Below, one piece after another: positions 10,504-20,251 of a stretch of DNA of 64,000 bases (the stretch's first letter is position 1; the number at the start of each line of letters is the position of its first letter). A program made the position numbers and the translations under genes. Source of the stretch: Candidatus Iainarchaeum sp. (GTDB lineage: Archaea > Iainarchaeota > Iainarchaeia > Iainarchaeales > JAGVWC01); the NCBI GenBank assembly GCA_018304465.1, contig JAGVWC010000010.1:32001-96000 (forward strand), in the 5' to 3' direction. The notes under the pieces were generated by a model, which was not told the DNA's origin, ran no database searches, and saw only the letters and a list, made by a program, of their open reading frames with translations.

Positions 10504-10628
10504 TGTTCCTTTAAGACCATCGAAAAATCGCTTCCAAAAAAAATCGAGCCAAACCAAAGACAAACAGAAAATAGTTTTAAACTGGTTTTGGCGATAATAC
10601 TTTTACAAACCGAAAACCGTTGGCATTC

Positions 10629-11027
10629 ATGACCCAAGAATTCGTCGTCCACAAATCTGTCATTCACGGAAAAGGCGTGTTTGCTTTGCGCGATTTCAAA
10701 CCCGGAGAAATCGTGATTCATTGGGACACCACGCGACAAATTTCCCGCGCTCAATTCGACCAGTTACCTGAAAACGAAAAAGCATTCATCGCAACATACA
10801 AGGGAAAACTCATTGTCCAGCAAGCCCCCGCAAAATTCGTGAACCACTCCTGTGACCCGAATACTCGCGTGAAAAACTTCTGCGACACCGCAATCAAGCC
10901 CATCAAAAAAGGAGACGAAATCACAACCGATTACCGCGACGACCCCGGATCCGAACTCGACATGTCCTGCAACTGTCAAACCCAAAATTGCACCGGGCGC
11001 ATCAAAGGAAAAAAACAAACAGTCTAA
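10629..11027 (+). CDS. SET-domain protein-lysine methyltransferase with post-SET cysteines
   Basis: SVIHGKGVFA, FVNHSCDPN, EITTDY, CNC...CTG. Confidence 0.9.
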   Translation: MTQEFVVHKSVIHGKGVFALRDFKPGEIVIHWDTTRQISRAQFDQLPENEKAFIATYKGKLIVQQAPAKFVNHSCDPNTRVKNFCDTAIKPIKKGDEITTDYRDDPGSELDMSCNCQTQNCTGRIKGKKQTV

Positions 11028-11599
11028 TTCATCAAGCCTTTTTTCTTGAGCAACAAATAGGGATACCCGCGCTTGTCGGCTTTTGACACATTCAACCCCA
11101 GCGACTCCGCGAACCGATGCACACGCAAACGAGTTTCGTCCACGCCTCCAAAATCCTTTAACGCTTCGATTTCAACGAAAAAACCCAAATCCTTGACGTC
11201 GTCAAGCGCGATTTCAAACTCGTGTTGAAAAACAAAAGCCTCGCGTTTTTTCTCGATCGAAACGATTTTTCGAAAACCCAAAGAAACAAACAAGCGCTCC
11301 AAACCATCGCGGTTGCCCACATCGGTTTCGAATTCTTCGCAATGCGAAAACACTTCCACATTCTCGGGAAAAAAATGCTTGTAATTCAAAATTACTTTGG
11401 GACCGCGTTTTCGAATGCTTAACCATTCGAACGGATAGGCAACCGCCAAAAAATCCCGATGCGGCGCATTGAAATAATCATCCAACTGGTTTGAAACATG
11501 ACTGGCACCGCACGAACCCGATAAGCGTTCGGTTAACCGGTCAAACTCAGCTTTGTCCACCGGAATCTTGATTTCAACTTCCTGATTATGGGCCGCCAT
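11024..11599 (-). CDS. CYTH-domain protein (class IV adenylate cyclase/triphosphatase family)
   Basis: EVEIK, DDYF, KKR, LDDVKDLGFFVEIE, GY. Confidence 0.88.
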   Translation of the reverse strand: MAAHNQEVEIKIPVDKAEFDRLTERLSGSCGASHVSNQLDDYFNAPHRDFLAVAYPFEWLSIRKRGPKVILNYKHFFPENVEVFSHCEEFETDVGNRDGLERLFVSLGFRKIVSIEKKREAFVFQHEFEIALDDVKDLGFFVEIEALKDFGGVDETRLRVHRFAESLGLNVSKADKRGYPYLLLKKKGLMN

Positions 11600-11689
11600 G
11601 CCGAAGTCAAGGAAAAAAACCGTTAAAAACGCCACGGGTGGCCAAAAAAATAAAAAATGAGAAAAAAATAGAAAAAAAACAGCGATTAT

Positions 11690-11818
11690 TTATTCGTCAA
11701 ATTCTTCTTCGCTGTCCGAATCGTCGTCATCGTCATCGTCCCAGTCGTCGTCACCGGAATCGCTGTCGTCACCCGAATCGTCGTCATCGTCGAACGCCAT
11801 GAAATCTAAGGCTTTCAT
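11690..11818 (-). CDS. 42-aa ultra-acidic peptide (not in ORF track)
   Basis: MKALDFMAFDDDDDSGDDSDSGDDDWDDDDDDDSDSEEEFDE; AAGGAGG SD, upstream TTTATATA, T-rich tract downstream. Confidence 0.75.
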   Translation of the reverse strand: MKALDFMAFDDDDDSGDDSDSGDDDWDDDDDDDSDSEEEFDE

Positions 11819-11968
11819 CGTTGTGCCCCTCCTTTAGAACTATAAAAAATTTTAACAACTATTTCTCCGTAGTATATATAAATCCGACGGCGGGAAGGGT
11901 TGTATAAGGGAAAAAACCGCCTTTAAAGCCGTTTTAAAGGTTTTTTGGCCTTCCATTACCTCGAAAAA

Positions 11969-12041
11969 GGGCCCATGGTCTAGCGGTTAGGACGCGACAT
12001 TCACACTGTCGAGCTCGCCGGTTCGATCCCGGCTGGGCCCA
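11969..12041 (+). tRNA. tRNA-Val(CAC); CCA not encoded
   Basis: GGGCCCA/TGGGCCC-A acceptor, CGACA-TTCACAC-TGTCG anticodon arm, GCCGG-TTCGATC-CCGGC T-arm. Confidence 0.95.
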
Positions 12042-12127
12042 ATTTTTTTGGTCAAAAAAACCAACCACTATTTTTTTGATAGTATTCAATGTCCTTAAAA
12101 ACAACTTTTCACGGAAAAACATATACC

Positions 12128-12817
12128 ATGGCAGAACACGACCTCCTGCTGATTCGAAAAATCGAAAACCTGCAGCGCGAACTCATCAACACCAAACAAA
12201 AACTCGGAGAAGTCGAGCAACTCAAAAAACAATTCAGTCTCCTCCAAAACGCGTTTAAGGAAATCCAAGAAATGGCAGGACACAACCCCGAACTGGGACC
12301 CGTCATCCAGCGGCACCTTCAAGACAAACAAATCTACACCTGGTTTTACCACCTCAAAACCACGGCGCATCAAACCAACAACCTGTTAAACGACTTCAAC
12401 CAAGACATGGTGGAAGCCACCGCGTTTTTGGAAACCCAACGCACCTGGCGCAATTATTCTTTTCCAAGCCACATCGACCTCATCACGTTTTTGGAAGAAA
12501 CCGGATTCGTATTCGACATCAAAACCTTCAAGTTCCGCCCCAACTACATGGGCGTCATTGATTTTTCGCCGCTCGAAAAAGAAGAAATCATTCTCAAAGC
12601 AACCAACGATTCGTGGACCATCGAACCCTCGAACATCAAATACGTCATCAGCTACCTGATGGACAAACGCGCGCCCGTGAGCTTCAAACTTGAAAACGAA
12701 TTCATGCGATTATTGGTGAAAAACAGCCAAACCGTCAAAATCGAAGGCCAAAACCTCATGATCCGCCGCCTGGATTTGATCGTCAAAACCAAAAACGGAA
12801 CCGTCCAAAACGATTAA
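12128..12817 (+). CDS. Hypothetical protein with N-terminal coiled coil
   Basis: Long ORF with host-like codon usage; no family recognised. Confidence 0.65.
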   Translation: MAEHDLLLIRKIENLQRELINTKQKLGEVEQLKKQFSLLQNAFKEIQEMAGHNPELGPVIQRHLQDKQIYTWFYHLKTTAHQTNNLLNDFNQDMVEATAFLETQRTWRNYSFPSHIDLITFLEETGFVFDIKTFKFRPNYMGVIDFSPLEKEEIILKATNDSWTIEPSNIKYVISYLMDKRAPVSFKLENEFMRLLVKNSQTVKIEGQNLMIRRLDLIVKTKNGTVQND

Positions 12818-12842
12818 AAAAAACAAAAACACTCTTCTTTTC

Positions 12843-13418
12843 ATGCCAAAACCCAAAGAAAACACCCGACGGTTGCGACCCATCGTCGTGCATCTGGGAA
12901 ACATCGGCGAATACCGCAAAGGAGAACGACCCGCCGAAAAAACCCGTCGGTACGCGCGCAGGTTTCCCGGCATCCAATTCATCGGCATCGATTTGAATCG
13001 GTTCGAAGGACGCCAACGCCGAAACTGGCGCCAACTTCAGGACAACTACCGAAAACAACTCAAGCGATATTCCCCCGAAAGCATTTCCTTGATCAGTTCC
13101 GACATGAGTCTCGGCCACACCTTCGAATTCCTCCTCGGACCCAGGGCCACGCACCGCGAAATATTCCAAACGATCTACGAAAAACTAAAACCCGGCGGAA
13201 AATTCTTGATGACGGTCGGCGAAACCCAACTGGAAGGAAAACCCAATGTCGTCATGATGTACTTGCTTGCCTGCGAAATATTCGGGGAACGAAACGTCGA
13301 AATCAAAAAGGTTCCGCCCGGCAAAAGCTGGACGCACTGGATGAAAAGATGGGAAAAAGAAGACAAAACCCCGGTGTACGTGATCACGGCAATGAAAGAA
13401 CGGAGGAAGAAAAAGTAG
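12843..13418 (+). CDS. Basic orphan with degenerate class I methyltransferase-like fold
   Basis: VVHLGNIG, FIGIDL, LKPGGKF; Arg/Lys-rich termini. Confidence 0.55.
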   Translation: MPKPKENTRRLRPIVVHLGNIGEYRKGERPAEKTRRYARRFPGIQFIGIDLNRFEGRQRRNWRQLQDNYRKQLKRYSPESISLISSDMSLGHTFEFLLGPRATHREIFQTIYEKLKPGGKFLMTVGETQLEGKPNVVMMYLLACEIFGERNVEIKKVPPGKSWTHWMKRWEKEDKTPVYVITAMKERRKKK

Positions 13419-13471
13419 CCGCGGAAAAAAAGTTATGTAGATTTTAGCGACATAACAAATTCGTGTTTTTT

Positions 13472-16060
13472 TTAATCCGTAAACGCCGTCGCGGTCACGC
13501 CGCCATCCCAACTAAACCGCGGACGAATCTTAACCAACCACAACTTTTCCGTATTGTCATCCAAAATCAACGCATATCCTTTTCCGCGCGGCATTTCCTG
13601 GTACAACTTGTCAAAATCCGAATGCAAATACGTCGGACGAAGCTCCGACACCGCGGCAATATCCGATTGCGCCGTCATGCGATGACTGATAAACAAATCA
13701 CACTGCGAAATCGCGTCCGGATGAATCTTGTTCGGCCGCTGGGTCGCAAGCAACAACGACAACCCCGGCTGTCTTCCGACACGCACCCATTCCAACAACA
13801 CATCCAACGCGACATTTTGCTCGTCTTTGGGCATAAACATGTGGGCTTCGTCAATCAACATCCAAATCAACGGCATTTTCGATTCGCGACTGCCGCCTGC
13901 AATCAAATTCGCTTCTTCTTTTTTCCGATACAACATCCGTTCCTCGAACAGTTTTTTTCCGACCAACGCCACGATAATATCCCGCGGTCCTTCCATTCCA
14001 ATCGCCTGGCGATACGCGGACACATCAATAATCGTCACGACCCCCGGCTTTGCCAATTCGCTTAATTTTGTTCCGTCTTTTTCGAGTAGTCCCCAGGTTT
14101 TTGCGGCTCCGAGCCTTCCGATCAACGCGGACTTTGTCAAGGCATCCGATTCCGGATCTTGTCGCACCATTTTAATCATGTCATCAATGCCGTAATAGGT
14201 TCCCAGTTTTTCCTTGATGTCTTCCACCAACCGCGTCAACAACACGCCTTCGGGATCCTTCCAGGTTAATTTGAACAACGCCAACCATTCTACGCCCTCC
14301 AATTCACTGACTTTTAACGTGAACGCGCCGTCCACCGGAATCCCGTTTTTCTGATAAAACTCGAGTTTTCCCGCGGGCACCATCACGCGCACCGGAGAAG
14401 AATCCGGTTCCAAATCCCACGATTTCAACTCCGCTTTTTCGCGCGAATTCGGAATCTTTAACGTCCAAAAAATCCCCACGGTATCGATCGTGATCACGGA
14501 GATGCGGCTTTTGATATCCGCCATTTGCCGCGCGAACTCTTCAATGATGACGGACATCGTGTAACTGTTATGAACAATAATGTCATTGGCCACGAAATTG
14601 TGGTGCTCCGGCACCGAAATATCGAATACTTCGCACGGACCCGATAATACCCGCACAGACTTTATTTCGTCCCAGAAAATATCCGAATCCGCTAACTTTT
14701 CGATGATTTTGTTATGGTCTAACCGCGCGATCTGCAATAGTTTTAGCCGGGTTGGAGCGTAATGAATCGATTCGCGCAAGCTCTTTGGGAACGTTAATCC
14801 CATTTCTCGTCCGATTTTTGCCCAGGATTCCGGGCGGTATTGGTTCCAGATTTCTTTTGGGATCGTATCCGTGTTCGCATTGCGCTTGATTGACTTTATC
14901 TGTTCCAACGCTTCTTTTTGGCGGGTTTCCTTCTGTCCGAAAAACCCGATTTTTTTCAGGAAAAATTCGACATTGTTTCCTCGCAATTCCAACTCAAAAC
15001 TTGGAAAGACACGTCCTTCAAAAACAGTGTTCTTCTTTCGAAGCACTGAAAGGATCCCGAATCGATTCAACAGATGCTGAACCTGGCGGATTAATTGCTC
15101 CGAAACAGATGCGTACGCGATTCGCCAGGATTCGGTATTCGCATCGAAAAAGATTGTTCCGTCACAGCTGAACAGACGGTTTAGGAAAAGAGAAACTTTT
15201 TGTTCCGGCGACTTCAAGATCGAATCAGGAATAAATTTTGTATGCGAATTAACGTTGAATAGGCTCAATTCCTTCAGACGCTGTTTTAATCGATGCGGCT
15301 TTCGCGTCAGATCCATCTTGACAGGATAATCCCGGTTCTTTTTTGGTCTGAATCCCGCGACAACACGCAAACACGCGTTTGAAGCGACGGGTTCCACTCG
15401 AAGATTCGAGTCAAATTCCTTCAGAGCGTTTTCAAAATCACCCTGAATGGCTTCGTCGGTATTCGAAAACCACACGGCGTGCCGGGCCAAATGCCCTTCC
15501 GCGATCAAATACGCGAGGAGTTTCGTTTCCGCTTCAGAAACGAACTCGCTCCCAAAAAACGGCTGAATTCGCGGTGTTGCGATTCGAGAACCGATCGGAA
15601 GATCCTTGGCCGGAAACCAACCGCTAATCGTCAAAAGCGGATGCTCCGGAGTCAATTTGATCTTTTTTCCACTGTGCAATTCGATTTCAAGAAGTTCGTT
15701 AACAGTTCGGGAAAAAAATTCTGTTTTTTCCGATCCCACGATCTTGTAATCGGCATTCAATGAAGCCACTTTGTTTGATTCTTGTGCCAGTTCGCGGATC
15801 GGTTTTAGGGAACCGTCCGCCAATGGGATCAATGTATCTCCGTCCAGGCACTTTCCCCCACCGCGTTTTCCGCACACCAAAATCATATGCGGCTCGGCGA
15901 TGTCAATCAAGACTTTTCGTCCCAGCACGGGTGTTTGTCCGCCGCTCATCACGACTTTTCCGATGTACGCGGTCGCGCGTTCCCCGTACTTGGCAATCTT
16001 GCTTTCGCTTCGACCCAGAATCTGTATGCCTTCGCCCAAATTCACGTTTTCCATTGCCAT
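13472..16060 (-). CDS. HerA/VirB4-like (DUF87/DUF853-type) P-loop ATPase containing an intein
   Basis: Walker A GKRGGGK|S split by intein; LIDEAH; RVGRQPG..LLLATQRP. Confidence 0.88.
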   Translation of the reverse strand: MAMENVNLGEGIQILGRSESKIAKYGERATAYIGKVVMSGGQTPVLGRKVLIDIAEPHMILVCGKRGGGKCLDGDTLIPLADGSLKPIRELAQESNKVASLNADYKIVGSEKTEFFSRTVNELLEIELHSGKKIKLTPEHPLLTISGWFPAKDLPIGSRIATPRIQPFFGSEFVSEAETKLLAYLIAEGHLARHAVWFSNTDEAIQGDFENALKEFDSNLRVEPVASNACLRVVAGFRPKKNRDYPVKMDLTRKPHRLKQRLKELSLFNVNSHTKFIPDSILKSPEQKVSLFLNRLFSCDGTIFFDANTESWRIAYASVSEQLIRQVQHLLNRFGILSVLRKKNTVFEGRVFPSFELELRGNNVEFFLKKIGFFGQKETRQKEALEQIKSIKRNANTDTIPKEIWNQYRPESWAKIGREMGLTFPKSLRESIHYAPTRLKLLQIARLDHNKIIEKLADSDIFWDEIKSVRVLSGPCEVFDISVPEHHNFVANDIIVHNSYTMSVIIEEFARQMADIKSRISVITIDTVGIFWTLKIPNSREKAELKSWDLEPDSSPVRVMVPAGKLEFYQKNGIPVDGAFTLKVSELEGVEWLALFKLTWKDPEGVLLTRLVEDIKEKLGTYYGIDDMIKMVRQDPESDALTKSALIGRLGAAKTWGLLEKDGTKLSELAKPGVVTIIDVSAYRQAIGMEGPRDIIVALVGKKLFEERMLYRKKEEANLIAGGSRESKMPLIWMLIDEAHMFMPKDEQNVALDVLLEWVRVGRQPGLSLLLATQRPNKIHPDAISQCDLFISHRMTAQSDIAAVSELRPTYLHSDFDKLYQEMPRGKGYALILDDNTEKLWLVKIRPRFSWDGGVTATAFTD
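14567..15850 (-). mobile_element. 428-aa intein with LAGLIDADG homing endonuclease
   Basis: Begins CLDGDT, block B LTPEHP, LAYLIAEG and LFSCDG motifs, ends VFDISVPEHHNFVANDIIVHN followed by Ser+1. Confidence 0.95.
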
Positions 16061-16171
16061 GGCATACTTTACACGAAGTCCGAATTTTTAAAACTGTCTC
16101 ATTGCCAAAAGCAATGGAATAGGTTCAAACCATTCAATGAAAAACAGTCGTTCAAAAACGAAAAAAAAGTG

Positions 16172-16378
16172 TTATCGTTGACCAGGCAACGACGTGAGTC
16201 TTCGCCGCGAAACCGCGGTTGTTTTGGCGGGAACACTCGAAAAAGCGGTTCGTTCCTCCACGATTTTTTTCCGTGGCAACCGATTCGTTTCAAACGCTTC
16301 AATATGCTGGTCTTGTACGCGTCGACCCGTTACCGAGTTTCTTCGAAAACCCCTAAAATCCACAAATGTATCAGACAA
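16172..16378 (-). CDS. Small basic hypothetical protein (68 aa)
   Basis: TTG start with AGGTGG SD; fills the gap upstream of the ATPase. Confidence 0.45.
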   Translation of the reverse strand: MSDTFVDFRGFRRNSVTGRRVQDQHIEAFETNRLPRKKIVEERTAFSSVPAKTTAVSRRRLTSLPGQR

Positions 16379-16579
16379 ACAAAACCACCTATACTATTTA
16401 TGCGCCCATCTCATTTAATACCCGAGAAACCCGGTTTTTTTGAAAAAAAAGACTTTTTTACTGGAATCGATGGCGTTGGCTGGAAAGAATAGGGGAGGAG
16501 AGCCGCGGGGGAGCGGCCCTCCCAAAATCCTTTTGTTGGACAAAAGGAGGTGGGGTTAAGGGGGGTAATGAAATTAGCA

Positions 16580-17110
16580 TCAATGGTTCGCGAGATACAC
16601 GACCTTTTTTCCGGATTGGATTTTTTTCAGGTAACCTTCTTTGAACAACTTGTTCAAACGCTGACACGCCGCATTCAAGCCTTTGTATCCCAAAGACGCT
16701 TTGACGATTTCGGCGTCGACTTTGCCTTTTTGATCCACCAGGGTCAAAATCATTTGGTCTTGTTCGGGCAATACCTCAAACAAGTTTTTTTTGAGTTCCC
16801 TGGTTTCGGGAGAAGGGGCGGATGATTGCAGGAGGGGGTTAAGGGGGGAAAACCCTGCCTTTTGGGTTTTCCACTCAAACATCAACTGGTCATACTTTTC
16901 ATTTAACTGCGAAAGCAATTTGTTCGTTTCTTGACGCTCTTGCACGAGTTTAAACAACAAGGCCGAAACAACCGCCGGATTGTTCGAAACCTTTAGAATC
17001 TGATTCAAATCCACGGATAAAGAGTGGAACTCCGGAGAAACACTTTTTAAAACCGTTTCTACATCCGTTCTAAGCGCATCTGCTGATTGTTTCGAATCAT
17101 GATTTTTCAT
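16580..17110 (-). CDS. Coiled-coil plus C-terminal winged-helix protein
   Basis: LPEQDQMIL...NAACQRLNKLFKEGYLKKIQSGKKVVY wHTH-like pattern. Confidence 0.7.
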   Translation of the reverse strand: MKNHDSKQSADALRTDVETVLKSVSPEFHSLSVDLNQILKVSNNPAVVSALLFKLVQERQETNKLLSQLNEKYDQLMFEWKTQKAGFSPLNPLLQSSAPSPETRELKKNLFEVLPEQDQMILTLVDQKGKVDAEIVKASLGYKGLNAACQRLNKLFKEGYLKKIQSGKKVVYLANH

Positions 17111-17143
17111 GCTGTATCATGATAGTATCATGATATTTATAAA
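17095..17143 (-). promoter_or_regulatory. TATA box (17136-17143) followed by four helically phased TCATG(A) palindromes spanning the wHTH start codon
   Basis: TTTATAAA about 26 nt upstream of ATG; TCATG cores at 17097, 17107, 17117, 17128; two perfect TATCATGATA. Confidence 0.65.
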
Positions 17144-17258
17144 TGAATGTGTCCAAACGGGCCTAAAAATAAAAAGGAAAAACTATTTTTGAAAAGACTC
17201 TTTGAACCCAGTTGATCTGCCAAAAAAAGCTTATATGGTAGAAAGACGTTCTTTTGCC

Positions 17259-18077
17259 ATGAAATTATCCGAGACCGATTTGGCATGGCTCGTCGGCTTT
17301 ATTGAAGGAGAAGGAAGTTTCGGAGTTTCAATTTGCATTTCAAAAACCGACCAAGGCATAAAACCCACTCTTCTTTTCAAACTCGCTTTAGCAGAACGCG
17401 ACAAAGAAGTCATCTACAAGCTGAGAGAAATGCTTGGCATCGGATGGATTACGTTCAAACGAAAAGAACTCTGGCAAAAACACGGCATAAAAAACGCCTC
17501 CAATCAATATTCTTTCTTGGTGACCAGCGTCGATGAATGCCAAACACTCTGTAACCTGCTTGATGAAAGCCTATTCAAAACCGCCAAGAAAAATGATTTC
17601 CTTTTATGGAAAGAAGCAGTAAAAAACATTGGCAATTTTGAACACCTTAAAAAAGATGGATTGCTACGACTCGCAGAAATCCGAGACATGATAAACGGAC
17701 CTGAAAAAACAACAAACTACAAAGCCAAAGCATTTTTCATGAATGCCATTGAAAAAAGACCCCAATTATTCACCATACAAGCCATTGAAAAAAGAACAGC
17801 AAAAGCAATTATTGTTCGGGAATCTATCAAACAAAAGAAATCCAAAATTTCCCAATACAAACCCAAATTTGAGATAGCCCCCGAGGACCACGTGTGCATT
17901 GATTGTAGAAAAAGCCTCGCAGATCGAAACGTCCGAGCCGAGCGATGCGAGACCTGCAGAAGAAAACACCTTAACAAACTTGGATACCAATGGCTCAAAA
18001 AACACCGGGCAGCGGTTCGATACATGGCCCAAGACGTGTTGGCGGGAAAAAAAACCGATCGCTGGCAAAAACAATAA
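17259..18077 (+). CDS. Free-standing single-motif LAGLIDADG homing endonuclease with C-terminal Zn finger
   Basis: LAWLVGFIEGEGSF; CIDC...CETC; start uncertain. Confidence 0.85.
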   Translation: MKLSETDLAWLVGFIEGEGSFGVSICISKTDQGIKPTLLFKLALAERDKEVIYKLREMLGIGWITFKRKELWQKHGIKNASNQYSFLVTSVDECQTLCNLLDESLFKTAKKNDFLLWKEAVKNIGNFEHLKKDGLLRLAEIRDMINGPEKTTNYKAKAFFMNAIEKRPQLFTIQAIEKRTAKAIIVRESIKQKKSKISQYKPKFEIAPEDHVCIDCRKSLADRNVRAERCETCRRKHLNKLGYQWLKKHRAAVRYMAQDVLAGKKTDRWQKQ

Positions 18078-18115
18078 TCCGTTCTGATTCAAAGCCTTTT
18101 TTTGATAAAGAACCA

Positions 18116-20173
18116 TCAGCGTTTTACGCTTTCGAAAAAACTTTTGGCGGAATCCGCCACGATTTGGGTGTACGGGGTTTCTTTTTTGATGTCCAGCATT
18201 TGGCGATGCTCTTTGTCCAATGTTTTGTCAATAGCGCCATTCGATAACACCGCGAAAAAACCATAGTCTTCACGGGACCGGGTTAACCGTCCAATGGCTT
18301 GAATGAAATTTTTGCGGGTCGTCAACACGAAAAACCAGGTGTTGGCATCGATTTTCCACTTGTGTTTTTTGGCGAGTTCATCGAATTTTTTGATTTCAAA
18401 ATCATACACTTGCGGATACGGAATCCCGATCAAAAGCAAGATGCGACACCCATTGTCTTTGAGCATATTGCTTCCGCGGGCATATTTGGTGTACATCGTT
18501 GAAAACATGACTTTTTTTCCGCTTGATTGCTTGAATTTTTCCCATTGTTCGTCGCGGCTATGCGACGCGTCCAGTTTTTTTTCTTCGTCCAAAAAAATCG
18601 TAACCCCGTTTTTTTCCAACAAGGAAAACAACGGGTCTTTTACGGGATTAAAGGCTCCGTACGCGTTAAAAAAAACCACGATTTCGCGTTTGACTTCGGA
18701 TAATTCCAAAATCAGGTCGCCGATCATCTGGGCCTTAAGACCAATGTCGGCAAATCGTTTTCGCGACGAAAAATCCAGGGCCGGGTGCTTTAGAATAATG
18801 CCTTGTTTTTGTCCGGTTAACCCCGCGTTTTTTGGAACCGTAAACCAATCGACTTTTTCGCCGAACTGGATTTCAAGCATTTCCTGAAACGGTAACGTCG
18901 CGGACATCACCACGATTTTTTCGAATCGACGCGCTAACGATTGAAAAAACTCGGTGAACACCAAGGGCCGGCGCACGAAAAAAACGTCGGTTTGATCGCC
19001 GCGTTTTCGTTTGGACACCGAATCCACGAACGTAATCGCGTTTTTTTGATCCACCGAAAACGCCAACCGAAAATGAAACGCCAGCACGTGGCGATACGGA
19101 TCGTGTTTTTTGGCGGAATCCGAAATCAATTTGAAAAAATCGCTTTCATTTGCCTTAAACACCTGGTTAAACCGTTCAAACGCCAGTCGATACAACGGAA
19201 CCCCAAAAAACGCTTTTTCGACTTCGATTCCCTTGGGAACATCCATCGGAAGTCCTTTGGAGGCATGATCCAGAAACGTTTTCAGACTCTCGGCATACAA
19301 TTCCAGTTCATACGCCAGTTCGCGACGCTTGTTGATCTCCATTTTTTCAAAATCCCGCAAAAACAAATCCCGATTCGTCGGCCGCAAATCCGACAACACG
19401 TGGGTCAACTGGCTTTGCGACAAACTGATCTTGAATTGTTCGCGCAAACGTTCTTCAAACTTGTCAAACTCGTCAATCACCAGCAAAAACTCCGACGTGT
19501 CTTCTTCCAGATACTTCGGATTGATCAAATACTGATAATCGCACACCTGGATTTTGGCCGAAGAAAAGTTTTTTTTGAACAAATAATACGGACACAATTG
19601 TTTTTCCTTTAAGTTACCGATGATTTGCACCAAATCGTTTTCCCCAAGATCCAAGTGTGGATCCGACAATTTGGAATGCAATTCTTTGACCGCGGCTTCG
19701 CCGGACGGCTTTAATGTTTTCTGACCCGCTTTTTGTTCTCCGAACACGTTTTCGTAATGAACACAATCCCCGGATTCTTTCGCCCGATCGCACAAGGAAT
19801 AAATGCTTTCTTGTCCGTCAATTTCGGACCCGGGTTCGTCCGACAAAAACACGCAGGGTTTATACGTCGGGTTTCCTTTTCCGATCAAAAAACCCAAATC
19901 CACGTTCGACGGATTCAATCCTTCTTGCTTTAAATGATCCTTCCAAAAATTCACGGTGTGATTCGTGGCCGCGGTCGCGATCAACACCCGCTTTTTTTTC
20001 TCCAACACGAAATTCTTGGCCAACCCCAACGCCAAAAACGTTTTTCCAAACCCCGTTGGCGCTTCCAACGCCACGATATCGGATTCTTCCAACGCGTCAA
20101 ACACGTTTTTAGCAATCGCGTTTTGAACCCTGGACCGGGTTTCTTTTGCCGCCGAAATCTCGTATAGCGCCAT
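18116..20173 (-). CDS. XPD/Rad3/DinG-family Fe-S helicase
   Basis: APTGFGKT, four Cys incl. LCPYY, IDEFD, MSAT, GIPYP, QAIGRLTR. Confidence 0.85.
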   Translation of the reverse strand: MALYEISAAKETRSRVQNAIAKNVFDALEESDIVALEAPTGFGKTFLALGLAKNFVLEKKKRVLIATAATNHTVNFWKDHLKQEGLNPSNVDLGFLIGKGNPTYKPCVFLSDEPGSEIDGQESIYSLCDRAKESGDCVHYENVFGEQKAGQKTLKPSGEAAVKELHSKLSDPHLDLGENDLVQIIGNLKEKQLCPYYLFKKNFSSAKIQVCDYQYLINPKYLEEDTSEFLLVIDEFDKFEERLREQFKISLSQSQLTHVLSDLRPTNRDLFLRDFEKMEINKRRELAYELELYAESLKTFLDHASKGLPMDVPKGIEVEKAFFGVPLYRLAFERFNQVFKANESDFFKLISDSAKKHDPYRHVLAFHFRLAFSVDQKNAITFVDSVSKRKRGDQTDVFFVRRPLVFTEFFQSLARRFEKIVVMSATLPFQEMLEIQFGEKVDWFTVPKNAGLTGQKQGIILKHPALDFSSRKRFADIGLKAQMIGDLILELSEVKREIVVFFNAYGAFNPVKDPLFSLLEKNGVTIFLDEEKKLDASHSRDEQWEKFKQSSGKKVMFSTMYTKYARGSNMLKDNGCRILLLIGIPYPQVYDFEIKKFDELAKKHKWKIDANTWFFVLTTRKNFIQAIGRLTRSREDYGFFAVLSNGAIDKTLDKEHRQMLDIKKETPYTQIVADSAKSFFESVKR

Positions 20174-20251
20174 ACTCAAAACACCATACGAAAAGGGTTT
20201 TAACCACCCGTCTTCATCGCAATCCTCGTTAAACCGCCGCAAATAAAAGCG

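Noticed and set aside
11700-11795. GAC/GAT microsatellite
   Set aside because: In frame with ATG, SD and stop, with synonymous variation; treated as coding.
9440-12041. Integrated element bounded by tRNA-Leu or tRNA-Val
   Set aside because: No duplicated tRNA 3' end and no integrase found by eye.
16470-16500. ORB-like TGGAAA..AGGGG as a replication origin
   Set aside because: The TTCCA half is missing, there is only one copy, and no cdc6/orc1 is nearby.
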